A stretch of DNA of 64,000 bases from Alphaproteobacteria bacterium (GCA_017466695.1 JAFTTR010000023.1:49583-113582); one strand, 5' to 3'; positions 45,320 through 55,795 are shown, counted from the first letter of the stretch. The notes: generated by a model from the letters alone, not told the origin. Made by a program: numbers and translations.

Positions 45320-46654
45320 ATGAAAAAAACAAGTACTTTACATATTGATTTGCCCATTCTCTCCTTAAGTAGAGAACAACATGAATTATTCCATCAAATT
45401 GAAGAAACAAAAAATCACTATCTTATACAAGGCCAAGCTGGAACGGGTAAATCAACTTTTATTAAATACTTATTTGAACATTCAAGTAAACGCATTCGGA
45501 TTCTTTGCCCAACGGCCATCGCTGCTTTAAATATTGCTGGCGTAACAATACACTCCTTGTTTCGTCTACCGTTAAGTGATTATATAGTCAAAGAACAAGT
45601 CGAAATTAAAAAGAAAACAATTAACATTCTTAAAAAAACAGACATTATTGTCATTGATGAAATTTCAATGGTGCGCCCAGACATTATTGACACCATGGAT
45701 TATATTTTAAAACAAGCCAGAGGAGATTTTTCCCCTTTTGGAGGTGTTCAAATGGTTTTTGTGGGTGATTTATGTCAACTCCCTCCAGTGATTAAACAAA
45801 CCACCTCGCACATCTTTAAACAACGTTATGGCATAGCAGAGCCTTATTTCTTTGATGCAAAAAGTTTTAAAATGGCTAGCTTTTGTTTTAAAGAGTTTAA
45901 AAAAGTCTATCGCCAAAGTGATGATGTGCTTTTAAAACAACTTTCAAACATTAGAGAAAAGAAAAACCTAAACGAAGCCTTACACCTTTTTAACAAAGCT
46001 AAATTTGAAAATGAAGATGATTTAAAAACAGCGATTACAATCACCCCTTATAGGCTGATTGCTGATAAAATTAACCAAATGCGTTTAGCTCATATACCCT
46101 CTGATGAAAAAACATACGAAGCAAAAGCAAAGGGCGCATTTGAAAAAGCACTCGATACGCCAGCGCCCAAGTCATTAACATTAAAAGTGGGCGCCCTTGT
46201 GATTTTTAATAAAAACAACCCTCCCTCTTTTATCAATGGTTCTATGGGAGAAGTAATCGACCTTCAAAGGGAATATTTAAAAGTCAGACTTCTTCAAAAC
46301 AACAAAATCATAACGGTTGGAAAAGAAATATGGCAAAGTTTTAGCTATGAGTATGATGCGAAAACAGATACAGTTCTTGAAAAAGAGACCGGCTCATTTG
46401 AGCAATTCCCTATCCAGCTTGGGTATGCCTTAACCATTCACAAAGCTCAAGGAAAAACATTGGATAAAGTTATTATTGACACAAATAAAGGCGCCTTTGC
46501 CCATGGACAAATGTATGTTGCCTTGAGTAGAACGAGAAAATTAAAAGATATTCATCTAACAAAAGACATTAAACCTCAAGATATTATTTTAGATACAAGA
46601 GTACTTGACTTTTTAGAACAAATGCATAAAATAACGACACAATTAGAAGGATAA
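45320..46654 (+). CDS. PIF1/RecD-like SF1B DNA helicase
   Basis: GQAGTGKS, CPTAIAA.NI.G.TIHS, IDEISMV, VGDLCQLPPV, YALTIHKAQG.T, GQMYVALSR. Confidence 0.9.
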   Translation: MKKTSTLHIDLPILSLSREQHELFHQIEETKNHYLIQGQAGTGKSTFIKYLFEHSSKRIRILCPTAIAALNIAGVTIHSLFRLPLSDYIVKEQVEIKKKTINILKKTDIIVIDEISMVRPDIIDTMDYILKQARGDFSPFGGVQMVFVGDLCQLPPVIKQTTSHIFKQRYGIAEPYFFDAKSFKMASFCFKEFKKVYRQSDDVLLKQLSNIREKKNLNEALHLFNKAKFENEDDLKTAITITPYRLIADKINQMRLAHIPSDEKTYEAKAKGAFEKALDTPAPKSLTLKVGALVIFNKNNPPSFINGSMGEVIDLQREYLKVRLLQNNKIITVGKEIWQSFSYEYDAKTDTVLEKETGSFEQFPIQLGYALTIHKAQGKTLDKVIIDTNKGAFAHGQMYVALSRTRKLKDIHLTKDIKPQDIILDTRVLDFLEQMHKITTQLEG

Positions 46655-46657
46655 CTT

Positions 46658-47533
46658 ATGCACACTCATCATTCATTTATTGAAGCCTTGTTCCATGCAT
46701 TGGGAGAAAGTGTTCACCTGCTCCCTTATTTGTTCATTACATATCTTATCTTAGAGTATCTTGAAAAAAGAACAGAGAACATCTCTCTTTTCTTTTCAAA
46801 AACAAATTCTTATTTTGCGCCTGTGTTGGCTGCCTTTTCAGGCATTCTTCCCCAATGTGGTTTAGGCGTCGCCGGAGCCAACTTTTATGCGGCAAGGGTT
46901 ATTTCAAGGGGGACTCTTGTTGCCCTCTTTTTAGCCACATCTGATGAAATGCTCCCTGTCTTATTATCGAATGGCGTTCCCATAAAAGTTATTTCAAACA
47001 TTATTCTTTATAAAACAGCAATTGCTCTTTTAGCTGGCCTTTTGCTTGATCGGTTTTTAAAAAGAAGAAACAAAGGGCAAAACCCTTCTTTTCAAATGAA
47101 AATGCTTTGTCATCAAGCAGCTTGTGGCTGTCATCAAAAAAAATTGTGGCTATCAGCTCTTAACCATACAACCCATATATTTGTATTCATTTTAGGGGTT
47201 AATATTATTTTACATACCCTCTTTTTGTTTGTTCACCCCAACGAACTTAAAGAAACATTATTTAATCACGCTGTATACGGCCCATTCTTTAGCACGATAT
47301 TTGGTTTGATTCCAAATTGCGCAACATCTGTTATCTCAGCCCAATTATTTGCTGACGGCACTTTGCCAGATGGCGCCTTTTTAAGTGCCGTCCTTGCCAA
47401 CGCTGGCATTGGGTTGATTGTTCTCTTCCACGTGAACAGACCTTTGAAACAAAATTTAAAAACACTTCTTTTTATATCTCTTGTTTCATTTTTAAGTGGG
47501 TTTGTTTTCAACATACTTCGCTTGTCTTTCTGA
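46658..47533 (+). CDS. Putative heavy-metal/manganese transporter (ArsP_2-like)
   Basis: LPQCG, GTLVALFLATSDEMLP, GLIPNCATS; His/Cys-containing loop CHQAACGCH. Confidence 0.75.
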   Translation: MHTHHSFIEALFHALGESVHLLPYLFITYLILEYLEKRTENISLFFSKTNSYFAPVLAAFSGILPQCGLGVAGANFYAARVISRGTLVALFLATSDEMLPVLLSNGVPIKVISNIILYKTAIALLAGLLLDRFLKRRNKGQNPSFQMKMLCHQAACGCHQKKLWLSALNHTTHIFVFILGVNIILHTLFLFVHPNELKETLFNHAVYGPFFSTIFGLIPNCATSVISAQLFADGTLPDGAFLSAVLANAGIGLIVLFHVNRPLKQNLKTLLFISLVSFLSGFVFNILRLSF

Positions 47534-47666
47534 TTTGGTAATACGGAGTTCTCTTTCTTATATTTTATAAAAAAGAACAAATGTTCTTCTCTTACACCCC
47601 TCAGACAAAACACAAGAACAAATGTTCTTTTATATTGAAAAAACAAGATTATTTTAACAAATTAAC

Positions 47667-47700
47667 AAAAAGCCCCAAATCATGTTGGGGCCTTCTTTTA
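47667..47700. terminator. Terminator between convergent genes
   Basis: AAAAGCCCCAA-atcatg-TTGGGGCC-TTCTTTT. Confidence 0.65.
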
Positions 47701-47721
47701 TTTTTAAGCAAAAACAAAGTG

Positions 47722-49914
47722 TTACGCTCTTGGTTTTTCAGGCATATGCATATTCACTGCCAGTTTAGGTTCATCATCATGTGTAATATTATCAGCACCA
47801 GAAGCCTCTATCCTTGCAGCAGCATCTGGCTTTTTCCCCCCAGATTCGGCTTGCGTTCCTGCTGACGCAGTATCTCGTGCTTCATTCTGCGTAGCCTCTG
47901 TATCATCTTTTGATGTTGAACCCTTACCTTTAGAAGATGTTGCCTTTTCTTTCTTAGAAGAAGAACGTTTACCTTTCTTTGGAGAAGATTTTTTCGAAGG
48001 AGAAGAAGCCTCTTGTTCTTCTCTACCAGCTTCTTCTACAGCGCCTTCAGTCCCAGCACCAGCAGATACTTGCTTGTCCTTTTCTTCCATTGCTTTGGCT
48101 TCATCACGAGCTTGAGCCTCGGCTTCTCTTTTCGTTGCCTCTTCTTGTTCAGCTTGTTTTTCACCTTCAGCTGCAGCTCGCCTTTCAGCTTGGCGTGCAG
48201 CTTCTACTCTTTTGTTTTCATCTTCCTCTGTCTCATCAGAAGTTACAGCTGGAGTTGCATCCCCAGCTGGGGCTTCAACTTCAGTTGCTGGTGGCGTTCC
48301 CTCAGCTGCATGAGGCACATCTAATGGCACAACAGTCCACCCTTCTGGAACTGGGGTATTTGGAATAAAGGCAACACTATCTTCAGCCCTTGCATTTGCA
48401 AGCGCTGGGTTAAGCTTATCAGCATGAACTGAGTGATTGTGCCCTAATTGACGTCTAATATCTGCATGCGTTGCCGCATCAAAAGCAAGCCCTTCCCTTG
48501 CGAGCGCATCCCAAATCGGATCAAAATCCTTCCCTGGGTCAGTTTTACGTCCTGGCGCAATCTCGTCATGCCCCAAAACTCTATCTGGTGGAATACCATA
48601 TTGTTGTGATAATTGAGAAACAACAGCAAGAATTGTCGCTGCTTGTTCAGGGGTATATCCCTCATCCACAGCGCGTACCACTTCAATACCTATAGAACAT
48701 TCGTTTAAATTTCTTTGTCCCTGCCAACGAGAAGGCCCTGCATGGTTGGCTCTCATTTCTGGAGGAACCAACATATAAGCTTTTCCATCCCGTCCAATGA
48801 CAATATGTGCACTCACTTTATTCTCATTATGACACAGATATTTCAAGGTTGCACTTTCAGAAGCTCCCTCCCTATCTTCCGTTGAGTGAATAACAATCAT
48901 ATTCGGTTTTTGACCACCTGCACGAGGCCCTTGATGAACAGAAGAATACGTCCGATCATATTGAACATTCCCATGGAGCTCGTGTCTTTGTGTTGGAATA
49001 CGAGCCTCAAGTGGTCGAACACCTCCTCCAACTGGAGAAAAATAATTATCACTCAAGCGCTTGCGTGGGCGTGTAGACCTATCCGTTCTAAGGATATCCC
49101 CCGTTCCTCTTGTATACCCTCCAGGTGTATAAGAAGAATTGCCTCTTTGATAACTCACAGGTTGATGCCCAAAACTTGCCGTCCAATTAGCCACTTTGCT
49201 ATATCCAATACCATCTACACCAGAAGCAACTTCAGGAAAACTCATAGCAAAAGCTTCAGCTTGCTGTGGTGTTATCTCTACTCCATAAGCAGCACAACAT
49301 GAATAGTATAATAATGCCAATTCATCTTTTGTTAAGGCTAAATCAGTTCCATTTAAGTGTTTGTACTTTTCAATCAACTGTTGGGCAATCATTTTTGCCA
49401 CATCGTCAGGATTTGCATTGGGGACTTTTTTCAAAGTATCTTCAACCAACATACCCATCTCAACAGCACGCATACGAACAGCTGCGCGCTCTTTATTTTG
49501 GTTTTTACCCACAATTTCATAAACAGCTTGCATATCCCCCGCATTAAAAGCGTCAACAATCTTTGTCCAATTCCCTTGATAAGCTGTATCTAAAATCAAA
49601 GCTTGATAACAGGGCAAAAGTTTATCATAATCTTTAAATTGCGTCCGACACTTTTCATACAACTTATATTGCATTTCAGTTTTAGCAAGCACAATTGCTT
49701 GCTCATGTGTGACTTCACTTGCATGATAATTTAAATGGTTGTAACCAGCCTCATTCACCGTACCATAACCAATGGTACTAATCCTATTACTATCGTTATA
49801 TTCATACAAATAAGGGCCTCTTTTGTGCCCAGCTTCACCACGTTGAATGAGATAAAAAGAAAAATCAACAATCTTTTGATCTAATTTTTTTTGTTCTTCA
49901 TCCAGCTCTTGCAT
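47722..49914 (-). CDS. Two-domain peptidoglycan hydrolase: GH24 lysozyme-like + Amidase_2 + charged low-complexity tail
   Basis: E...NDSNRISTIGYG (D-x5-T); IVIHST, SAH, RANHAG, SIGIE, GHDEI..GRKTDPG; no signal peptide. Confidence 0.8.
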   Translation of the reverse strand: MQELDEEQKKLDQKIVDFSFYLIQRGEAGHKRGPYLYEYNDSNRISTIGYGTVNEAGYNHLNYHASEVTHEQAIVLAKTEMQYKLYEKCRTQFKDYDKLLPCYQALILDTAYQGNWTKIVDAFNAGDMQAVYEIVGKNQNKERAAVRMRAVEMGMLVEDTLKKVPNANPDDVAKMIAQQLIEKYKHLNGTDLALTKDELALLYYSCCAAYGVEITPQQAEAFAMSFPEVASGVDGIGYSKVANWTASFGHQPVSYQRGNSSYTPGGYTRGTGDILRTDRSTRPRKRLSDNYFSPVGGGVRPLEARIPTQRHELHGNVQYDRTYSSVHQGPRAGGQKPNMIVIHSTEDREGASESATLKYLCHNENKVSAHIVIGRDGKAYMLVPPEMRANHAGPSRWQGQRNLNECSIGIEVVRAVDEGYTPEQAATILAVVSQLSQQYGIPPDRVLGHDEIAPGRKTDPGKDFDPIWDALAREGLAFDAATHADIRRQLGHNHSVHADKLNPALANARAEDSVAFIPNTPVPEGWTVVPLDVPHAAEGTPPATEVEAPAGDATPAVTSDETEEDENKRVEAARQAERRAAAEGEKQAEQEEATKREAEAQARDEAKAMEEKDKQVSAGAGTEGAVEEAGREEQEASSPSKKSSPKKGKRSSSKKEKATSSKGKGSTSKDDTEATQNEARDTASAGTQAESGGKKPDAAARIEASGADNITHDDEPKLAVNMHMPEKPRA

Positions 49915-49997
49915 GTTAGACTCCTTTTTAACATATTATAATATATTTTACCCCCAAAAACTCATTTTTTCAATATTTTTTTCATTACCCATTCATT

Positions 49998-50603
49998 TTA
50001 AACGAAAAATAGGCCATAAAAAGCGCCTAATATGGCAACAAGAAAAAGCAAAAATGTAATCGGTATTTTCGTATATTTCACAACAAAAAACGATAATAAA
50101 CAAACTAATAATTCCAAAAAATTCACATAAAAACCTTCAAAATTTGATACTTTAAATGTTAAAAAATTAAAAATTTCTTTCCAAGGAACAGGCTTTGAAA
50201 AAACAGACATTTGCATAAAAATCAATGTTGCATAACAGACCATTGCAAGAGCTGCCATACGCATTGAAGTTAATAATCCATCCACAAAAAATGTGCCTTG
50301 CCCTTTTTGTAAAAAACGAACAGCCAAATACCCTAAAAAAAGACCTGGTAAAACAAGCCCAATTGAGGCAAATATACCCCCTGCAATACCATTTGTTAAA
50401 TAACCAATATACGTTGCTGAATTAATACTCACTGGTCCTGGTGTGATTTGTGATAATGAAATTAAATTACCATATACTTCCAAAGTTAAAAGTTTTTTTT
50501 CCTCAACAAATGTGTGTAACAGCATCGGGATAATCATATATCCCCCACCAAAACAAAGAAGTCCAAATTTTGCAAATGTTACCATTAAAGCGAAAACACC
50601 CAT
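49998..50603 (-). CDS. Short-chain chromate ion transporter (CHR) subunit
   Basis: FGGGY, SQITPGP..IN.AT.IG motif. Confidence 0.85.
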   Translation of the reverse strand: MGVFALMVTFAKFGLLCFGGGYMIIPMLLHTFVEEKKLLTLEVYGNLISLSQITPGPVSINSATYIGYLTNGIAGGIFASIGLVLPGLFLGYLAVRFLQKGQGTFFVDGLLTSMRMAALAMVCYATLIFMQMSVFSKPVPWKEIFNFLTFKVSNFEGFYVNFLELLVCLLSFFVVKYTKIPITFLLFLVAILGAFYGLFFV

Positions 50604-51190
50604 TATTTATCCTTTCTGATTAATGAAGGGTAAACCCCTTGTTTTGAAAAGTACAAATAAATATATCCAACCGGTAAACTACTCAAAAGAACAATAACAG
50701 GATTTATCCCAGCAACAAGTGCAACAAAAAGGCAAAAAACAATGAGATATACCATTTTTGACAATAAAACATTTTTTGCCAAACGCCAAGCCGTTAACAA
50801 AAACACCCCTGTTATACAAGAACGTACAGCTGCAAAGGCAGACATTAAAACTGGATTTTTTGAATCAAGATGATTGAAGAAAATCGCAATAAATAAAATA
50901 ATGGCAATTGATGGCATAATCACAGCGATCACTGAAACCAAAGCACCCCAAAAACCAGCTATTTTTGTTCCAACAAAAACAGCACTATTCACTGCAATCA
51001 AGCCTGGGACCGTTTGTGTCAAAACAATCATATCTAATAAATCATTTTGAGTTAATATTTTATTTTTACGTACAAACTTTTCCTCAACAACTGGCAACAT
51101 AGCCAATCCACCCCCGACAACAAACAGGGCAATTTGAAAAAACGTTGAAAATAAAAGCACTAATTTTTTTGTATAAGAAAGTTTTGTCAT
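50603..51190 (-). CDS. Short-chain chromate ion transporter (CHR) subunit
   Basis: VGGGLAM, TQTVPGLIAVN.A..VG...G..G; overlaps its partner by 1 bp. Confidence 0.85.
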   Translation of the reverse strand: MTKLSYTKKLVLLFSTFFQIALFVVGGGLAMLPVVEEKFVRKNKILTQNDLLDMIVLTQTVPGLIAVNSAVFVGTKIAGFWGALVSVIAVIMPSIAIILFIAIFFNHLDSKNPVLMSAFAAVRSCITGVFLLTAWRLAKNVLLSKMVYLIVFCLFVALVAGINPVIVLLSSLPVGYIYLYFSKQGVYPSLIRKDK

Positions 51191-51318
51191 AAAAGCACTA
51201 TGCTTAAATTTAATAAAAAAGTCAAGAAAAGAACTATATTATATTTTTTTACTTTACAAATTGTAAAATAATATGAAATAATGGATGCATAGGTTTTATT
51301 TAACTTTGGGGATTAAAA

Positions 51319-51681
51319 ATGAAAAAAATTATATTAACAATTGTTTCTAGTGTTTTTATTTTATTAACAACAGCTTGCTCCGATGAAGTTTTAACTTCAT
51401 CCAAACAAAATGTACTCATTTTTTCACGTTCACAATGCGTTAGAACACCTAAAGCCATTGAATTTTTAAAAGAATTACAACAAAAAGACAGCAATATCCG
51501 ATATGAATTGAAAGATTTAAGTGTGGGTGAAAACAGAATTATGCTAAAAAAACTTGCACATCAATATGAACTTTCAAAAATGTCTGTCCCTACACCTATT
51601 ATTTTTACGCCTAAAGGATATATCTTAGGATGGGATGAGAAAACTGGTGAAACCTTAAAAAGACAACTAAATATTAGATAA
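51319..51681 (+). CDS. Glutaredoxin/thioredoxin-fold lipoprotein
   Basis: Lipobox LTTAC, IFSRSQCVRT, cis-Pro motif SVPTP...GYILG. Confidence 0.65.
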   Translation: MKKIILTIVSSVFILLTTACSDEVLTSSKQNVLIFSRSQCVRTPKAIEFLKELQQKDSNIRYELKDLSVGENRIMLKKLAHQYELSKMSVPTPIIFTPKGYILGWDEKTGETLKRQLNIR

Positions 51682-51796
51682 CAATCTCTTTTTTCATTTT
51701 TCAAAAAAAAGTGATATTTTTTATTGATTTTCCTTTTTATTTATGAAATAATGAACTAAATTAATTTTAATAAGGTGAGACATAAGGCGAGGTATT

Positions 51797-52120
51797 ATGC
51801 AAAAAACAGTTATTGAACAAGAATCAAAGTATGATATTTTAAGAAATTCTGCTGGGGAATTGTTATTTATTATCCGTGCACGTTTAACAAATGAAGAAAA
51901 ACCAACCATCATTTATGACGGTGGAGAACATGCCATTTTATACAGAAACAGCAATAATACAATTGTTTTAGACTATATCAACCCTAATGTTCGTCAGAAT
52001 TTAACAAAATCTACAAAGGTATTGGTTGTAGAAGCACAAGGCTCTTCCATTGTTAGAGAATACTTTTCTTCAGTTAAATCAGTTGAAAAAGTTCCATTAC
52101 CAGAAATTCAAACCATTTAA
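51797..52120 (+). CDS. Hypothetical protein
   Basis: GAGG RBS, 107-aa globular-looking ORF followed by a strong terminator. Confidence 0.7.
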   Translation: MQKTVIEQESKYDILRNSAGELLFIIRARLTNEEKPTIIYDGGEHAILYRNSNNTIVLDYINPNVRQNLTKSTKVLVVEAQGSSIVREYFSSVKSVEKVPLPEIQTI

Positions 52121-52131
52121 AATATATCCAC

Positions 52132-52165
52132 AAAAAAAGCTTCCCTTTAAAGGGAAGCTTTTTTT
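52132..52165. terminator. Bidirectional terminator (perfect palindrome)
   Basis: AAAAAAAGCTTCCCTTTAAAGGGAAGCTTTTTTT between convergent genes. Confidence 0.85.
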
Positions 52166-52219
52166 ATAACAAGATACCCACAAACAAAAGAAACAGGTTC
52201 CTTTTTTATATTCTTTTAT

Positions 52220-52510
52220 TCACACAGTTGGTTTTTGAATAAAAACACCTTCTATTATTTCAGGCTGAACAGCATTCGATATTTGCACTGGCTCTAAATG
52301 CGTTACATTTGCCCACAAAGGACCTTTCTGGCATTCTAAAAGAAAGACATCAATTGCCTCATCCTTTCCAACGGCTTTTACTTCAACAGAACCATCTGAT
52401 CGATTTCTAACCCAACCAGATAATCTAAGTACAATAGCTTGACGTGTGCACCAGGCACGATATCCTACACCTTGCACACGCCCATGGACATAAAAATGAA
52501 CTTCTTTCAT
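52220..52510 (-). CDS. acyP: Acylphosphatase
   Basis: GRVQGVGYR, GWVRNRSDGSVE, GP..A.V. Confidence 0.92.
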   Translation of the reverse strand: MKEVHFYVHGRVQGVGYRAWCTRQAIVLRLSGWVRNRSDGSVEVKAVGKDEAIDVFLLECQKGPLWANVTHLEPVQISNAVQPEIIEGVFIQKPTV

Positions 52511-54793
52511 TTAATTTTTCTTTAAAATATTTGTTAATGATTTTTCAAGCTGTATTTTCACTTGGTCTTTCAATGAATTTTTCACATCTTTAAGTGAGGG
52601 TTTAGATGTGGTTGTCGTTTTTTCTTCGGTCGCTTCTTTTTTTTCAACAACTGGCTGCACCACTTCCAACCCTAAAGCTTTTTGACACAACCCTCCAACA
52701 GGTATAACCTCTTCTTTAGGGGTGTCAACACCAGCAACTTTTTGCGCCAACTTCGTTAATTTTTTAGAAACCACATCTTTTGCCACACCCTTTACATCTT
52801 CTTTCATCTCAATTTTAGAAAATGGTCCTTGTAATTTCACATATTGCGCAAAAGAAAGTTTTTTATTCAACTTATTATTCATCTGATTAATAGATGGTAT
52901 CAAAGAAAGAGAGAGATATTTTTTCTTCAAATCAATATTTCCACTCACTGTTAAATTGATAAGCGAGGTTTCTAAAGCAATATTTTTATCTGAATTAATA
53001 ACCCCATCTTTAATATCCAATTTTAAAGCTGCACAAGAAAGTCTAGAATAATATTCATCTCCTGAATATGAAAAAGCACTATTTTTTGTAACAGCCCCAA
53101 TAGCAGCAGGCAATGAATTAAACCATTTATTAACAATCACGCCACTTGGAATTTGTAACTCAACAACCCCATTTAAATTGCCCAATAGTGAATCTGGCGA
53201 AGTCCCTTTAGACTGCAATTCAACAACCATATTTGCTGGTGAATCTTTCAAATAAGGCTTCACAAAATCAAGTTCACTAATCATTAAACCAACACCTTTG
53301 ACATAAAGATTTATTTCAGGTGCTTCGGTTTGAGATTGTAACTTTAAGTTGCCCATTATATCCCCAGAAAGCAAGTCAAGAGAAAATGGATTTGCAACCA
53401 ATGTTCCCTCATTTAATAAAAGATGAATATTTGCTTTATGATAACCTTTATCGATTAACTTTAAATTTTCAAACTTTATTTTGACATCAGTATTAAGCAT
53501 TTTTAAGAAAGAAAAATCAATTTCTTCTTGTTTTTTTTGTGAAGTAGTTTGTTTTGTTTGGATTGTAGGCAAAGACAATTCATCTTGAACAACGATATCT
53601 TCAAAATTAAAATATTCAGAATAAACAGATCCTTTAACAAAAGGAATTTGTTTGGACAAGTCAACGCTTCCAGCTAATTGAAGATCCGTTTTATTGATAA
53701 ATACAGATACCTTATTCAATAAAATTGTTTTATTATCATACAAAGAATTAAAATCAACTGAAATGGGTTGTAAGCCATATTTATTGGCTAACTCAGTGCT
53801 TTTTACCTCTAAATCACCCTTCAAAGAAACCTTTGGTGTTGTTGTGATATTTTGAATATCAGCTGTCAAATTGAGGTGTCCTAAATCAGAAAATTTAGCT
53901 TTCAATTCTTTGACATTCAAATTTTCAAGTTCGCCTGTTATATAAGAAGAAAACGTTCCAGTTTTCTTTGAAATTTCAGGTAGTTTTGCCCCCATTGAAA
54001 CAGATTTTAAAAACTGGTCAAAGTCAGAAACAGAACCCTCAACTCTTAAATCAATCTCTTTTAAATCTGTTAAATTCCCAATATTTCCAGCGACTTTAAT
54101 ATCTCCACCTTTTAAATTAATATTAAACGCAAAATTGTCCAAGCGCCCTTCTAATAACGAAGGAATTAACGTATCAGAAGCCAATGTAATTTGTAAAGGC
54201 GTATTCTTATAAACAAGATGTGCAAAGAAATTTTTCATCTGTGTCAAAGTTGCGTTTCGAATAGAAACTTTTTCTTCCATATCCCCACTAACGTAAGTTA
54301 CATCCATATTTTTCAGCGAAATGTAATGTAAATAATATCTCAACAAATTCGTCTGTGAAGACGTTTCTTCTGAAGATGTTTGTTGGGCTGTATTTTCTTC
54401 TGGCTCTGAAGAAGCAAACGTCCAGTTATTTTTACCATCCTTTTCAATTAATAAAATAGAGCCTCCATGGATAAAAATATCATCTAGTTGAACTTGACCC
54501 TTAAACAATGGCAATAATGCAAAGGAAAGATCCATTTCATCAACTTTAGCAAATGTTGCTTTTTCATTAAATTCCTTTGCATTATAAACTTGAACACCTT
54601 TGACAGATAAACTAGGTGTTAAAGACATTTTAAGATCGATACTTTCAACTTTTACTCTTCTATCTAATAAATAAGCCAACTCCCTTTCAATGGGTTCTTT
54701 AAAATGATTTAAATCAACAAAAAGTAAAAATAAATATAAAACAGAAACCAAAGCAAAAGCTAAAACGACTAAAAAGCGTATCAATCTAAACAT
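52511..54793 (-). CDS. AsmA family protein
   Basis: N-terminal anchor, L.LLPLF.G, NWTF, AsmA-like beta-taco pattern, C-terminal CAALKLDIKDG. Confidence 0.8.
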   Translation of the reverse strand: MFRLIRFLVVLAFALVSVLYLFLLFVDLNHFKEPIERELAYLLDRRVKVESIDLKMSLTPSLSVKGVQVYNAKEFNEKATFAKVDEMDLSFALLPLFKGQVQLDDIFIHGGSILLIEKDGKNNWTFASSEPEENTAQQTSSEETSSQTNLLRYYLHYISLKNMDVTYVSGDMEEKVSIRNATLTQMKNFFAHLVYKNTPLQITLASDTLIPSLLEGRLDNFAFNINLKGGDIKVAGNIGNLTDLKEIDLRVEGSVSDFDQFLKSVSMGAKLPEISKKTGTFSSYITGELENLNVKELKAKFSDLGHLNLTADIQNITTTPKVSLKGDLEVKSTELANKYGLQPISVDFNSLYDNKTILLNKVSVFINKTDLQLAGSVDLSKQIPFVKGSVYSEYFNFEDIVVQDELSLPTIQTKQTTSQKKQEEIDFSFLKMLNTDVKIKFENLKLIDKGYHKANIHLLLNEGTLVANPFSLDLLSGDIMGNLKLQSQTEAPEINLYVKGVGLMISELDFVKPYLKDSPANMVVELQSKGTSPDSLLGNLNGVVELQIPSGVIVNKWFNSLPAAIGAVTKNSAFSYSGDEYYSRLSCAALKLDIKDGVINSDKNIALETSLINLTVSGNIDLKKKYLSLSLIPSINQMNNKLNKKLSFAQYVKLQGPFSKIEMKEDVKGVAKDVVSKKLTKLAQKVAGVDTPKEEVIPVGGLCQKALGLEVVQPVVEKKEATEEKTTTTSKPSLKDVKNSLKDQVKIQLEKSLTNILKKN

Positions 54794-54796
54794 TTT

Positions 54797-55795
54797 TTAT
54801 TCATCCTTTTTAAAATAATCAAATGGATTAACTGACTGACTTTCATCAAACCCTAAAAAGTCAAAAGTTTCTTTCATATGTTTGGGTAAATCGGCAATAA
54901 CTGTTAACATTCCTTTTTTAGGATTAGGATGGGCGATTTTCAACCCTCTTGCATGTAAATGCATTTTATCGCCATAAGTTAAACCTAAAGAAATAGCTCT
55001 TTCAGACCCATATTTAACATCCCCCACAATTGGGGTGTTTAAAGCCATGCAATGCACACGTAACTGGTGTGTTCTTCCAGTTAAAGGAGCCATTTCAAGC
55101 CAAGACGCCTTGTGTGCCAACGCATCAATCACTCGATACAACGTCTGAGCCCGTTGGCCTGAATCAAAATCAATTTTCATCTGCTCTTTGCCTTGAGTAT
55201 TCCCACTCTTAGCAAGAGGCGCATCAATTTTCCCAGACAAAAGTTTAGGCTTCCCAACTACAACAGCCCAATAAACTTTTTGAGCCTTTCTATCTTTAAA
55301 AGCTTTAGCCAAATGAGCTGTTGCATTTGCTGTTCGCCCTAAAATTAAAACACCGGATGTATCTTTATCCAAGCGATGCACAAGATGTGGTTTTTCATTT
55401 TTATCAAACCTAAGGGCATCCAACAACCCATCAATGTGTCGAGATGTTTTTGTTCCCCCTTGAACAGCTAAACCAGAAGGCTTATTCAAAACAATAACAT
55501 CCTCATCTTTGTAAATAACCAAAGACTTCATAAACTCAATATCAGCCTTTGACAAATTACGTGGCTCTGATCTATTAGGCTCAGCATTTTCTTCAATAGG
55601 AGGAATACGAATTTCGTCCCCTATGCTCAAACGATAGTCTGTACTTGTTTTTTGACCATTTACCTTGATATTTTTAGCTCGAACCAACTTTTGAATTTGG
55701 CCATTTTTAAGCTGTGGATAATGCCTTGAAAACCAACGGTCCAAACGGATACCATCATCTTCTTTTTGAACTTTTATAAACTGAACTTTAGACAC
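54797..55795 (-). CDS. RluA-family pseudouridine synthase (RluC-like, S4 domain)
   Basis: RLDRW S4 domain, NKPSGL.VQGG, HRLDKDTSG, TGRTHQLRVH, GD.KYG, LHA. Confidence 0.92.
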   Translation of the reverse strand: MSKVQFIKVQKEDDGIRLDRWFSRHYPQLKNGQIQKLVRAKNIKVNGQKTSTDYRLSIGDEIRIPPIEENAEPNRSEPRNLSKADIEFMKSLVIYKDEDVIVLNKPSGLAVQGGTKTSRHIDGLLDALRFDKNEKPHLVHRLDKDTSGVLILGRTANATAHLAKAFKDRKAQKVYWAVVVGKPKLLSGKIDAPLAKSGNTQGKEQMKIDFDSGQRAQTLYRVIDALAHKASWLEMAPLTGRTHQLRVHCMALNTPIVGDVKYGSERAISLGLTYGDKMHLHARGLKIAHPNPKKGMLTVIADLPKHMKETFDFLGFDESQSVNPFDYFKKDE

